In this document: positions 44,293-54,787 of the stretch, piece after piece | Layout of the letters: every line of letters begins with the position of its first letter | Position numbering within the stretch: the first letter of the stretch is position 1 | Source of the DNA: a virus | Direction: 5' to 3' (one strand) | Length of the DNA stretch: 64,000 bases | IMG/VR virus record: IMGVR_UViG_3300034022_000350 | Span: 3,072 to 67,071 of that record | Notes under the pieces: generated by a model | Seen by the model: the letters and a program-made list of their open reading frames with translations, nothing else | The model's database searches: none | Told to the model about the DNA's origin: nothing | Made by a program: the position numbers and the translations under genes

Positions 44293-47200
44293 ATGGCTGA
44301 AGTAAAAAATAGTTTCCTACAATCAAAAATGAATAAAGATCTAGATGATAGGCTTATTCCTAATGGGCAGTATAGAGAAGCTCTAAATATATCTGTTGGT
44401 AAATCTGAGAATAATAATGTAGGTGTATTACAAAATATATTAGGTAACGCGAAACTAAATGTGTTAAGTACCGTAGATGCTAGTTTAACTTGTATAGGTG
44501 CTTTTATGGATAATCAGAATAATAGGATATATCAATTCTTGACTAACTATATTGACTTAACTCCTGAAAACATAACTTTATGCGATAACATCCCCCCTCC
44601 AACTGGCGGTTGGACAATGAAGATAACTGTATATGATTTTAATACTAACCCACAATATAAAACGCTAGTATCCGGTACGTTCTTAAACTTCTCAACTACA
44701 AACTTAATACTAGGCGTAAATTTAATAGAAGGATTGTTATTTTGGACAGATAATAGAAATCAACCAAGAAAAATAAACGTAGAGAGCGCAATAAATAATC
44801 CATTATATTATACTACAGAAACTCAAATATCTGTTGCTAAATATGCTCCTATAGATCCTATTTCTATGTTTAGAAAAGCAACTGTAACAATAACAGATAT
44901 AACGGACGGTGTTTATTCATTTGAAGACATGGTTGGGGTTTTAGAGGTAGGTATGACATTAATATCCGGAACTATGCCCGAAAGTGGTTATTCTACGGTC
45001 CTTACCGTAGGAGAAGGCACATTTGAGCTTTATATTTTTAATTCTGGTATAATTGTTGGAGACACAATTACATTCCTAACATCGACAATGACTAACAAGT
45101 CTAACGACCCGGGGTGGGCCGGAGACCCATCTTTTCTAGAAGATAAATATGTAAGATTTAGTTATAGATTTAAGTTTGATGATAACGAATATTCTTTAAT
45201 AGCTCCATTTACACAGATAGCTTATATCCCAAAACAAAAAGGTTATTTTTTGAGTGGAGATGAATCGTCTGCTTATAAGAGTACAGTAATCAGTTGGATG
45301 GAGAATAATATTAACAATATAGAATTATTAGTACCATTGCCTGATACCGGTAACAATATTAGAGATACTTATAAAATAACGCAATTAGAGATATTATATA
45401 AAGAGTCTGATGCTTTATCTATAAAAGTGTTAGAAACAATAGAATATATTGACATAAGACAATCATCTACAAATACCAATATATACAACTATGTTTATCA
45501 GTCTCAAAAACCATTTAAGACACTTCCAGACGATCAAGTAACTAGGGTATATGATAATGTACCTGTTAGAGCTTTAAGTCAAGAAGTAGTTGGGAATAGG
45601 GTAGTATATGGTAATTTTTATAATACATATTCACCTCCAGTCGGTTTAAACTATAACACTACTATATTGCCAAAATCTAGTGTTTTTAATAATTTTATAG
45701 AATATCCAAATCATACAGTAAAGCAAAATAGGAATTATCAAACAGGATTTATATTAGCCGATAAATTTGGTAGACAATCGTCCGTTATATTGTCTACAGC
45801 TCCAGCCCAATCCACTGAAATTGGCGGTACTTTATTTGGAGGGTCAACTATATATGCGCCTTATGAGGACCAAAACTCTGCTAACATTTTGTCAGTTAAA
45901 AACTGGTTTGGAAACGCGATAGTTACTATTGTTAATAGCACAATAGACTCCGTCAGAGACATTCAGGCAGGAACTCCGGGATTATATGCCGAACCGGTTT
46001 CTAATATTGGTTTTATAGTTTTACCAGGGTCTACTACTATAACCGATAATTCTTATCAATTTACAATTGATTCAACATCTAATCAAACCGTGCCAGCAAT
46101 AGGGGATAGCATGCGCGGTGCTTATACTGACTACGTGACTGTTATACCAAAGAAAAACACAGATCCAACCCCTTCACCGCCAACTTATTTTATTAGAACA
46201 AATGGTAGGGTAAACGATTTGTATTTATCAAATCTTGATAATCCTGTAGATAAAAAGTTTTCATATAATATAAACGAAATAGGTTGGTATTCTTATAGAG
46301 TTGTAGTAAAACAACAACAACAAGAATATTATAACGTGTATTTACCCGGCATGTTGGATGGTTACCCTAGTGATCAAACATATGGTTCTCAGGTTGTATA
46401 TGATTCTTTAGGTGTAGCTTCTACGCAAAATGGTATAAATATAACTGATTTTCCTATAGGAGAAATTGGTAAGACTAGTCATATAGTATTAATTAATGAT
46501 AACATAAATAAAGTACCAAGAGACTTAGTTGAAGTAGGTCCTGATCAAAAATTATATAGAAGTAGTGTTTCTTTATATGGTAAAGTAGAAAATTCTATTA
46601 CAATAATAGACGTTATAGCAGACGAAGATTATTTAGTAACGAACCCTTTAGCTACCTCTATAATATATAAATTATCAGAGAATGGAAACGGTTCTGGTGT
46701 TATAAAAACAGTTGTTCCAGGTAATGGAATTCAGTCAAATGAAGCAAATGACCCTATTGACAATCCAAATAGATGGTATGCAAATACAGCAGTCGTTTCC
46801 AATGAATTGTATTCTTTCTTAGAGTATAATTTAGCCCTTGAAAGTAGTGGCGATAGCATTGTTGAGTTAAAGCCGTCTACTAACATAGTAATCATTGATG
46901 ATGAAGTGGTTTATGAAATAGATGGTATTGTTTATTACGCTACAATTACAAATGTTATTGGCAGTGATATAGAAATTACTCCAACCCTAGCTGTTGATAT
47001 GCCAGCTAATACAGAACTAAAAATAATTAGACCAACACATGGTATTATAAGATTCAGTCCGCCTAATAACGTTGTTAATGATGGCAGTATTAAATATTTA
47101 AACTACACGATTGCTAAAGGAGAGAATATACAATATTTTCCTACAAGAAAAGCAGATGTTGTTACAGCTATAGCAACGGCTGCGGATTTTAACTTTTTAG

Positions 47201-50200
47201 AAAACGATGTAAACAACATAAAAGGCACCGCCGGTTTAAATTTTTACCAACTTCAAACAAAGCCTAGCATAGGCAGAATTTCAGTTGTAAATCCTATTGG
47301 AGTAGTCAGCGACAAGATGATGCCATATTTAAGTGTATATGAAACAACCCCAGTATCGTCAGCATTACAATTATTCTGGGAAACTACTTCTACTGGCCTT
47401 ATATCTGATCTCAATTATGACGTTTTAGTTGGGTATGAAGGACCTATTGGATTTAGCAATATAAATTTTTTATTTTATGAAAACCAAAATAGATTAGGTG
47501 TTGGCACAGAAGAAGGTGAACCTAATTCTAAATGGATAACTAATACTTTTGTGATTTTAAATAACACAGGAGTACCTTTATCTTTTATAGGTTCCCCCGT
47601 GTTAGTTTCAGCTTTTGATAACTCATCCCCAGCAATTGATTTGACTTCTAAATTTGGAGTTAGTTTAAATCAGGATCTTGATCCAAGTTCTATAAGACTT
47701 TTTATTAACGATGCCTTCGCATTTGATCACGACGCTCCGGTACTTGGGGACTATACTTTTACTATAAAGGTTGAATGGGAACCAAATAATTTTGCTACAT
47801 TTGAGTTAACAGGTAGATTAAGAAATATTGAACCTTATTTTACACAAACAGCAGCTGAATATAGTAAAAAAATATTTGTTGAATTCCCTACAGTTACTAG
47901 TACAAGTCAACCAATAGTAACGTTGACTGCTAGTAATGGATCTTTCGCTGCTTCACCGCAAGATCAACAGGGACTATATTGGACTTTAATAGAAGGCAAT
48001 GAAAATAACTACTTCACGTTAAATTCAACCAATGGATTATTATCACTTATAAGCCAAACTATACCATTAGGGGTTTATACTTTGAAAGTTAGAGTTCAAG
48101 ACGCATATGCTGGGGCCCCATTGGTAGGAGAAGAGGATTATTATGGTACGTTGTTCTCCGATATTGAATTTACAGTTACTGTAATAACCCCTCCTGTTCC
48201 TGAAAGCTTAATATATGAAACAGACGAGTTTGTATGGAATCATGATACCGCTTGTAGTGATTCTAATGTAATTGGACAGGGTTACGCAGCTTTTTATATT
48301 GGTGCATCAAATTTAGAGTTAGGTGCCTTTGGTGTAAATAATGGAATAAATCCGTTTTTACCTGATATAACAGATACATTTCCATCACCTCCAACTACAT
48401 CTGCGTTTCAATCATATATTAACGTTGGAGAAGCTAACGGGTTAATATTTGGATCATCTAATCCGCCTACAGGTTTAACAAGGGGTTCTCTAGAATTTAT
48501 CATGTCAAATGTTGGTAGAAATTTATATCCTAATACTACTGCTATTGATACTTTGCAAAAAATAACAGCATATTGTAATACTCAAAGACAAGGTAAATTA
48601 GAATACATATTATATTATAGACCATTATCATCACCTATAAACGGGAGTTGGTCTGTGTTTAAAAACAATAATAGTATGCCGCTTGATACTCCTACAAATA
48701 CACCGGCTATTTGGGACGATTTTAGCAGTGAAATGTCGGTTTATCATTATACTGCATTACGTGTTGCGTCAACGGCAACGATACCTGCTTCGCCATTAAA
48801 TCTAACTATAATTGATTCCGAACCATTACCGAAAGTAAATGATTATATTGTTTTTGGATTATCACTTAGTGGTAACGGTTATTATAAAATAACAGAAGTT
48901 TATCCTGGAGATGGTATATATACGGTAATATTAGAAACTGGCGGGCCATCAGTTTCTATTCCTGCAAATTCAATTGTCAATGTAGCTAGAATACCTGAAA
49001 ATAGTCCAGGTGATGTGTTGAAACAAACATCTTTAGTAGCTACAATACCTGGCGAGTATTGCCTTGTATTAAGATATAAATACAAAAGGGAGGTTTCAGG
49101 TACTGTATTCATGCGATATGCAGATTCCCCGAGTATTAATATGATTGTGACATTAGACATTTCTACGACTTCTAAAGAGGTATTTGTAGGAGATACTATA
49201 TCATGGCGAGAAGCATCTTTTCCTTTTACAACATATATTAGAACCATAACGCAAGTCAGCGGAGTAGGAAGTAATACAATACGTATTAGTGGTTCAAATG
49301 TATTCATTAATGATAATCAAATATTTATAATAAATAGATCGTATCCTGAGAATTTATATTGTTCTACAGTAGATTTCTTTGGCAAAGTACAAACTAAAGA
49401 TGTTAATGACTACGAAAATAGTTATAGATATGACGTGGCTATAAATACACCATCTTCTTATCCATATAGTAGAGAACTTGGAGCACCTGCGCCCGCTAGG
49501 CTTGGTTTTGATTACTTATCAAACGTATATGTCAATGCTCAGTCTGTTGCATCTAATGAAATAACTATTATTGATTTCCCGTTGGCTACTTATTTAAACG
49601 AGATGGTTGGAAGTATCGCTCCTGGTGTATATATATGGACTTCTGGATATACAAATTGGGGTGGAGATCCATATTTCAATGATAACACTAGGGTTGTTAG
49701 CATAAATGAAACAACAAAAGAACTAATATTAAGTAGTAACACAAAAATACCTATACCTGAAAACACTGTAATTGTTTTATTTACCAGGAATACGGATGTA
49801 AAAGGAAGTTTGTGGGCTACTACAAACAATGGTAACTCAATAAAACAGTTTTATATTGATGAAGATACCCTAATACCTTGGGAACCTGCATTCGGCGGTA
49901 GATATTGTACTTATAGGAATTCAGATAAAAACTATAGTAGTATAATAACAGATGGACCTATTACGTGGAGTGCTCCACCTATAAATGGTTCGTCTTATAT
50001 CACATTAATGCCACCTATAACTGAAAAACCTTACTTCACAGCTATATTTGAGGATAACGGTAGTTTTGTAGCGAATAGCAACGCTCCGTTCGTTAATTAT
50101 TATACGGCTTGGGATTATAATCAAAGAGGCCAGTTATTCGGTTCAGCTACAGCTGTTAACGGTCAATATCTAATTGACACTAATAATACGTTCTTACAAG

Positions 50201-50388
50201 CATGGGTAAAACCATCTGATTGGGTATACAACATAACCAGAGGCACTTCGTCTACAGTCTTATCTGTGATTGATATTAATACAATTTTATTAGCTGATCA
50301 AATAATAAGTGAGATTGGCGATAACTATATTATAAGTCCGTATTTAGACCTTGATGCTTTTAATTTATTGCAAGTTAAATCAATTTAA
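44293..50388 (+). CDS. Large tail protein (muzzle/stabilisation-like N-terminus with long beta-rich, cadherin-like extensions)
   Basis: KMNKDLDDRL, LFWTDNRNQPRKIN, RFSYRFKFDDNEYS, NRVVYGN. Confidence 0.7.
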   Translation: MAEVKNSFLQSKMNKDLDDRLIPNGQYREALNISVGKSENNNVGVLQNILGNAKLNVLSTVDASLTCIGAFMDNQNNRIYQFLTNYIDLTPENITLCDNIPPPTGGWTMKITVYDFNTNPQYKTLVSGTFLNFSTTNLILGVNLIEGLLFWTDNRNQPRKINVESAINNPLYYTTETQISVAKYAPIDPISMFRKATVTITDITDGVYSFEDMVGVLEVGMTLISGTMPESGYSTVLTVGEGTFELYIFNSGIIVGDTITFLTSTMTNKSNDPGWAGDPSFLEDKYVRFSYRFKFDDNEYSLIAPFTQIAYIPKQKGYFLSGDESSAYKSTVISWMENNINNIELLVPLPDTGNNIRDTYKITQLEILYKESDALSIKVLETIEYIDIRQSSTNTNIYNYVYQSQKPFKTLPDDQVTRVYDNVPVRALSQEVVGNRVVYGNFYNTYSPPVGLNYNTTILPKSSVFNNFIEYPNHTVKQNRNYQTGFILADKFGRQSSVILSTAPAQSTEIGGTLFGGSTIYAPYEDQNSANILSVKNWFGNAIVTIVNSTIDSVRDIQAGTPGLYAEPVSNIGFIVLPGSTTITDNSYQFTIDSTSNQTVPAIGDSMRGAYTDYVTVIPKKNTDPTPSPPTYFIRTNGRVNDLYLSNLDNPVDKKFSYNINEIGWYSYRVVVKQQQQEYYNVYLPGMLDGYPSDQTYGSQVVYDSLGVASTQNGINITDFPIGEIGKTSHIVLINDNINKVPRDLVEVGPDQKLYRSSVSLYGKVENSITIIDVIADEDYLVTNPLATSIIYKLSENGNGSGVIKTVVPGNGIQSNEANDPIDNPNRWYANTAVVSNELYSFLEYNLALESSGDSIVELKPSTNIVIIDDEVVYEIDGIVYYATITNVIGSDIEITPTLAVDMPANTELKIIRPTHGIIRFSPPNNVVNDGSIKYLNYTIAKGENIQYFPTRKADVVTAIATAADFNFLENDVNNIKGTAGLNFYQLQTKPSIGRISVVNPIGVVSDKMMPYLSVYETTPVSSALQLFWETTSTGLISDLNYDVLVGYEGPIGFSNINFLFYENQNRLGVGTEEGEPNSKWITNTFVILNNTGVPLSFIGSPVLVSAFDNSSPAIDLTSKFGVSLNQDLDPSSIRLFINDAFAFDHDAPVLGDYTFTIKVEWEPNNFATFELTGRLRNIEPYFTQTAAEYSKKIFVEFPTVTSTSQPIVTLTASNGSFAASPQDQQGLYWTLIEGNENNYFTLNSTNGLLSLISQTIPLGVYTLKVRVQDAYAGAPLVGEEDYYGTLFSDIEFTVTVITPPVPESLIYETDEFVWNHDTACSDSNVIGQGYAAFYIGASNLELGAFGVNNGINPFLPDITDTFPSPPTTSAFQSYINVGEANGLIFGSSNPPTGLTRGSLEFIMSNVGRNLYPNTTAIDTLQKITAYCNTQRQGKLEYILYYRPLSSPINGSWSVFKNNNSMPLDTPTNTPAIWDDFSSEMSVYHYTALRVASTATIPASPLNLTIIDSEPLPKVNDYIVFGLSLSGNGYYKITEVYPGDGIYTVILETGGPSVSIPANSIVNVARIPENSPGDVLKQTSLVATIPGEYCLVLRYKYKREVSGTVFMRYADSPSINMIVTLDISTTSKEVFVGDTISWREASFPFTTYIRTITQVSGVGSNTIRISGSNVFINDNQIFIINRSYPENLYCSTVDFFGKVQTKDVNDYENSYRYDVAINTPSSYPYSRELGAPAPARLGFDYLSNVYVNAQSVASNEITIIDFPLATYLNEMVGSIAPGVYIWTSGYTNWGGDPYFNDNTRVVSINETTKELILSSNTKIPIPENTVIVLFTRNTDVKGSLWATTNNGNSIKQFYIDEDTLIPWEPAFGGRYCTYRNSDKNYSSIITDGPITWSAPPINGSSYITLMPPITEKPYFTAIFEDNGSFVANSNAPFVNYYTAWDYNQRGQLFGSATAVNGQYLIDTNNTFLQAWVKPSDWVYNITRGTSSTVLSVIDINTILLADQIISEIGDNYIISPYLDLDAFNLLQVKSI

Positions 50389-50417
50389 AAATCAAAATAA
50401 ACAAGTAATTATTAATT

Positions 50418-52010
50418 ATGGCAGCAACTATAGAATTAAAATATTTTAACTCATTCTGGTTAAAGAAACTAGATACAGTAGTTGATGTGTTACCGTTCGA
50501 AAAAACAACAAATAGTGTCATTGAGGTTGGCGATTCTCTTGTTAATGTTACTGGAGATTTTGTATCTGTTGGCGTAGGTCAGGAAATAAGTTATACTTTA
50601 GAAGGTACAATTTTCACTAACACTGTGTTGTATGGTAGTAATGGGGGTAACGTAGTAGTTTTTTCAAACCCTGTTACTGAAGAAGTTCCCATTGGTACTA
50701 TTATAAAATTTGGTGCTATAAAAGATTTTTCACATGTCCCAGAAGGATATCAATCAACTCCTGACAGTGACTGGTATATTGAAGAAGCTAGAATACGTGG
50801 TGGTTATAATAATACATCGGTAGATTTTGGAGTTAAAGCTTATATAGTTGAAGACATAAATGGTCAACAATACAGAAGTAACTCTATGATATATTCTGGG
50901 ATATTTAATTCTAGAACAGGTGTTAACAATACTAATCAATTCTCAATAGCAGAAGATATAGTTAGAAGTGTTGAACCATCTCAAGGATCTATACAAAAAC
51001 TATACGCAGAAGATACTAATCTAATAATATTTCAAGAGAGAAAGGTTAGCAGAGCGCTGATAGATAAAGATGCAATATATTCGGCAGAAGGACAGCCAAT
51101 GACTACGTCTGGAACACAAGTAATAGGCCAGATTCAATCATACGCTGGCAACTATGGCATAAGTACTAACCCAGAAAGTTTTGCTGTTTATGGGTATCGA
51201 AAATACTTCACGGATAGAAATCAAAATGCTGTATTAAGATTGTCTCAAGATGGTATAACTGAAATATCAGCCAATGGTATGATTGATTACTTTAGAGATA
51301 ATTTGTCTGGAGTTGGTGAAAACGGTAAAATTATTGGCTCTTGGGATATGCATAACAAACTATATGTGCTATCTATGCAGCCTCCGGTTGTAATAGGCAC
51401 AAGAGACGATATAGACCGTTTTCAAACAATATCTTTTGATGAAGATATAAACGGCTGGGTTAGTTTGTATTCATTTAAACCGCAATTAGCTGGCAGTTTA
51501 AGAGAAAACTACTTTACTTTTAAGGATGGCAATATTTGGCAACACTATGTTCCTACTACTCTAGCAAGTTACTGTAATTTTTATGGAGTTCAATATAGTT
51601 CTAAAGTTACATTAGTCTTAAATCCTAATGTATCTGAGTCTAAAAACTTTAATACTATAAACTATGAAGGTAGCACTGGATGGGCCCTTACAGAGCTTTA
51701 TACTGACTCTGACAAAGCATTAAGTATTAGTTCATTTGTATTACCAACCAATCTAAGCGATCTACAAAACCAATTATTTACAACATCTTTCAAGAGTAAA
51801 GAAAATAAATTTTACGGTTCTGTTATAAATGACACATCGTCAGGACAAGGCGAGGTTGTATACGGTGATTCAATGTCAGGTATAAAAGGATATTATGTAA
51901 CAGCCACTTTAGAGTTCCCAGACCCTTATTCAACTAGTACGTCTAGAACACAATCAAAACAAGCAGAATTATACGCAGTGTCTTTAAACTATGTTCATTC
52001 TTATTATTAA
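50418..52010 (+). CDS. Tail stabilisation/muzzle-like protein (C-terminal-type part)
   Basis: YGISTNPESFA, YFTDRN, VLRLSQDGITEIS, KENKFY. Confidence 0.65.
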   Translation: MAATIELKYFNSFWLKKLDTVVDVLPFEKTTNSVIEVGDSLVNVTGDFVSVGVGQEISYTLEGTIFTNTVLYGSNGGNVVVFSNPVTEEVPIGTIIKFGAIKDFSHVPEGYQSTPDSDWYIEEARIRGGYNNTSVDFGVKAYIVEDINGQQYRSNSMIYSGIFNSRTGVNNTNQFSIAEDIVRSVEPSQGSIQKLYAEDTNLIIFQERKVSRALIDKDAIYSAEGQPMTTSGTQVIGQIQSYAGNYGISTNPESFAVYGYRKYFTDRNQNAVLRLSQDGITEISANGMIDYFRDNLSGVGENGKIIGSWDMHNKLYVLSMQPPVVIGTRDDIDRFQTISFDEDINGWVSLYSFKPQLAGSLRENYFTFKDGNIWQHYVPTTLASYCNFYGVQYSSKVTLVLNPNVSESKNFNTINYEGSTGWALTELYTDSDKALSISSFVLPTNLSDLQNQLFTTSFKSKENKFYGSVINDTSSGQGEVVYGDSMSGIKGYYVTATLEFPDPYSTSTSRTQSKQAELYAVSLNYVHSYY

Positions 52011-52021
52011 AATTAAACTAA

Positions 52022-52429
52022 ATGGAATTAAATATAAGAGCTTTAGAAGATTCGGATTGGGATACATTGTTATCTTGGTGGAAATGGTGGAGATGGCCGG
52101 AACTAAGCAAAGATGTATTACCAATGAATGGTACCGGTGGATTGATGATTTGTAAAGGGGATATACCTATAGCGGCTGGGTTTTTATATCTAACCAATTC
52201 TAAAGCAGCTTGGCTAGATTGGATTGTTTCTAATCCTGAATACAGAGAGAAAGACAGAAAAGAATCTTTAGTTTTGCTTATAAACGGTTTAGAAACGGTG
52301 GCTATAAATGAAGGTTGCAATACAATAATAAGTATAACAAGGAATAAGAGTTTAATGGATATACATAGTAAGCTAGGATATACTGTAGACAAGAATCCTT
52401 CTTATGAAATATCAAAAAAAATAACATAA
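52022..52429 (+). CDS. GNAT-like acetyltransferase
   Basis: WIVSNPEYR...LINGLE...A...G...KLGY. Confidence 0.55.
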   Translation: MELNIRALEDSDWDTLLSWWKWWRWPELSKDVLPMNGTGGLMICKGDIPIAAGFLYLTNSKAAWLDWIVSNPEYREKDRKESLVLLINGLETVAINEGCNTIISITRNKSLMDIHSKLGYTVDKNPSYEISKKIT

Positions 52430-52430
52430 T

Positions 52431-53186
52431 ATGGCAGCAGTAACGGCAGCGGTAACGGCAGCGGTAGTGGTTGGAGGATCATTGGTAGCAGCTAATCAAG
52501 AAAAGCAAGCGGCTAAAGGATATAAAAATGAAGCTGAAAGAAAGGCTGCAGAAATAGCAGCTCTTGAAAAAAACAGACAAGCTATCCCAAACCCTTATGC
52601 TAATTTAAAAGACATAAGTAGTATGGCTAAAGATCTTAGTGGTATGGTTAGTAATCCATTTGCTAACTTAGGCGTTTCTGTACAAGCTGCTAAAATGCAG
52701 GCTGAAGAGGCGGATATGTCATTAGCAAATACATTAGACACTTTAAGATCTACAGGAGCAAGTGCCGGAGGAGCTACGGCATTAGCTCAAGCAGCTTTAC
52801 AAAGTAAGAAAGGTGTTTCTGCTAGTATAGAACAGCAAGAAGCCGCTAATGAGAAATTAAAAGCTCAAGGAATCCAGCAAATGGAACAAATGAAAATGGC
52901 GGAAGCGCAAAGACTACAGAATATTCAAATGAATGAAGCTCAAAGGATACAGGCTGCTGAAGCAGAAGGTATTAAATTTCAATATGGGGAACAAGAGAGT
53001 AGAGATATAGCCAAACTTAATAGGTTGTCTGGTCAAGAAGTACAAGCGCAACATAATAGGCAATCAGCATTACAATCACAGAGTGCTTTATATGGATCAG
53101 CAATTGGAGCAGTCGGTAGTTTAGGCGGTGCTGCAATTGGTTCTATGGGCTCTGGCAGCGGAACAACTACTACTCCAAAGGTATAA
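52431..53186 (+). CDS. Ejection/internal virion protein
   Basis: Ala/Gln/Gly-rich with hydrophobic termini, typical of podovirus ejection proteins. Confidence 0.65.
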   Translation: MAAVTAAVTAAVVVGGSLVAANQEKQAAKGYKNEAERKAAEIAALEKNRQAIPNPYANLKDISSMAKDLSGMVSNPFANLGVSVQAAKMQAEEADMSLANTLDTLRSTGASAGGATALAQAALQSKKGVSASIEQQEAANEKLKAQGIQQMEQMKMAEAQRLQNIQMNEAQRIQAAEAEGIKFQYGEQESRDIAKLNRLSGQEVQAQHNRQSALQSQSALYGSAIGAVGSLGGAAIGSMGSGSGTTTTPKV

Positions 53187-53212
53187 CAAATCAATATTAA
53201 AACAAAAATATA

Positions 53213-54769
53213 ATGGGGTATTACGAAAATCCGCCTATAATCGAAAGAGCAAAGAGTGGCGAGTTGATTGGTGCTGGTATTGAAAGAGCTGCGGCATCAA
53301 TAGCCGGCGGCATACAGGCATATTCAGCTAATGTAGATAGAGCAAAAAAAGAAAGGGAAGCATCTGTAAAAAAAGAACGTGATGAAAGAAATAGAATAGA
53401 GCTTCTTTGGAATAATAAAAAAGATGATTGGTCTGCGAAACAAGGTAAATTAGGGGTAAAACCTGATGAAAAAATATACGAAATAGTTGGCCAAAGGATT
53501 AAAGACGCTGCCGATGCTGAAATAGGGTTACTTTCTGAAACCGATGGACCAAAACGGCAGGAGTTGCTTGCTAAAATATCTTTAGCAAATACATACATAG
53601 ACGGAACTGCTGATGGTGTAAAAACATTAGGTGGAGAACTTGCCGTATATGCTGATTCTGCTGGAACTTATGGACAACCTGGAGGATATGTTGTAAATGG
53701 AGTTGGAGACGTTGTTGACAAAAAAATGGGAGCAATGAATGTTTTGACTCAAAGAACGCAGGACTATGACGACTCTAGTTACGAAGTAACAGATGATAAT
53801 GAAGGCGGGTTCAATATTACTGCAAAATGGAAAAAGAAAGGAGAAACGGATTATAATGAATATACTTTTAATTCAAGGGAATATTTGACATCGGATAAAT
53901 TATCTAATAATTCTTTTCTTATCAAAGTTCCAGATAGAAATGAAAACATAAAGCAAGCTAAAGAAACTTTCTTTGACAAAGATCAACTCCGACCAGGATA
54001 TTTATCAAATATTCCAGAAACAATAAATGTGCCTAGTGAAGGTAGACAAATGGAAATGGTTGGAGTTAGGAGATTGAATTTACCTGCTATAACTGATGCT
54101 GTGAATGAAAAATCTGACATTGAAGCAACTGGTTGGGTAAATGGTAGTAAGACACCTGAACTTAGAGCATTCGTAGATATAACACTTGGTAAAGATAGAG
54201 GTTATTTCGATAAAAATATTGCTCCATTGACTCCAGAAGAACAACAAAGAGCTATAAAGAAAATGCTTACAGAAAACACTTTAGAGTCTGTAACAAAAAA
54301 CTTAACTACAACAACAGAAAAAGGCGAAGATGGTAAGGAAACAACTGTTTACTGGGAAAATAGAGATGCCATTGTTACGCCTAAAAAAGAACCTAGATTA
54401 ACCGCTGCCGGAAGAGGCGGTAGGGGGGGAGGCGGTAAAGTTACCGAGGCTCAAAAAAATTATGACTACGCTGCCGAAAATATCCGACGTGTAATTACAA
54501 ATAAAGGAGGATCAATAGCCGGAACACAAGGAAGAAGATTGTTATTAGAAAACGGTAAATTAAAAGCATTCCAATACGATAAAGAGATGCTTGATTTTGA
54601 ACCAATATTAATAGGCGAAAGAAAATACGAGGATTTTGCGGACGAGATATATAGAGCAGCAGAAGCTATAGAAGCATATAGTGCTAAAAGAAGTACTCCT
54701 TTAAAAGACAAATTTAAAAGTAAAAAGAAACTTATAAAAAAGAAACCTAAAGTAGTTAAATTACCTTAA
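53213..54769 (+). CDS. Internal virion protein
   Basis: Lies between the ejection protein and the giant protein. Confidence 0.6.
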   Translation: MGYYENPPIIERAKSGELIGAGIERAAASIAGGIQAYSANVDRAKKEREASVKKERDERNRIELLWNNKKDDWSAKQGKLGVKPDEKIYEIVGQRIKDAADAEIGLLSETDGPKRQELLAKISLANTYIDGTADGVKTLGGELAVYADSAGTYGQPGGYVVNGVGDVVDKKMGAMNVLTQRTQDYDDSSYEVTDDNEGGFNITAKWKKKGETDYNEYTFNSREYLTSDKLSNNSFLIKVPDRNENIKQAKETFFDKDQLRPGYLSNIPETINVPSEGRQMEMVGVRRLNLPAITDAVNEKSDIEATGWVNGSKTPELRAFVDITLGKDRGYFDKNIAPLTPEEQQRAIKKMLTENTLESVTKNLTTTTEKGEDGKETTVYWENRDAIVTPKKEPRLTAAGRGGRGGGGKVTEAQKNYDYAAENIRRVITNKGGSIAGTQGRRLLLENGKLKAFQYDKEMLDFEPILIGERKYEDFADEIYRAAEAIEAYSAKRSTPLKDKFKSKKKLIKKKPKVVKLP

Positions 54770-54787
54770 TAAAAAACAACATTAAAT

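Noticed and set aside
52432-52465. Tandem GGCAGC(A/G)GTAAC repeats
   Set aside because: They simply encode the AAVT repeats of the ejection protein N-terminus.
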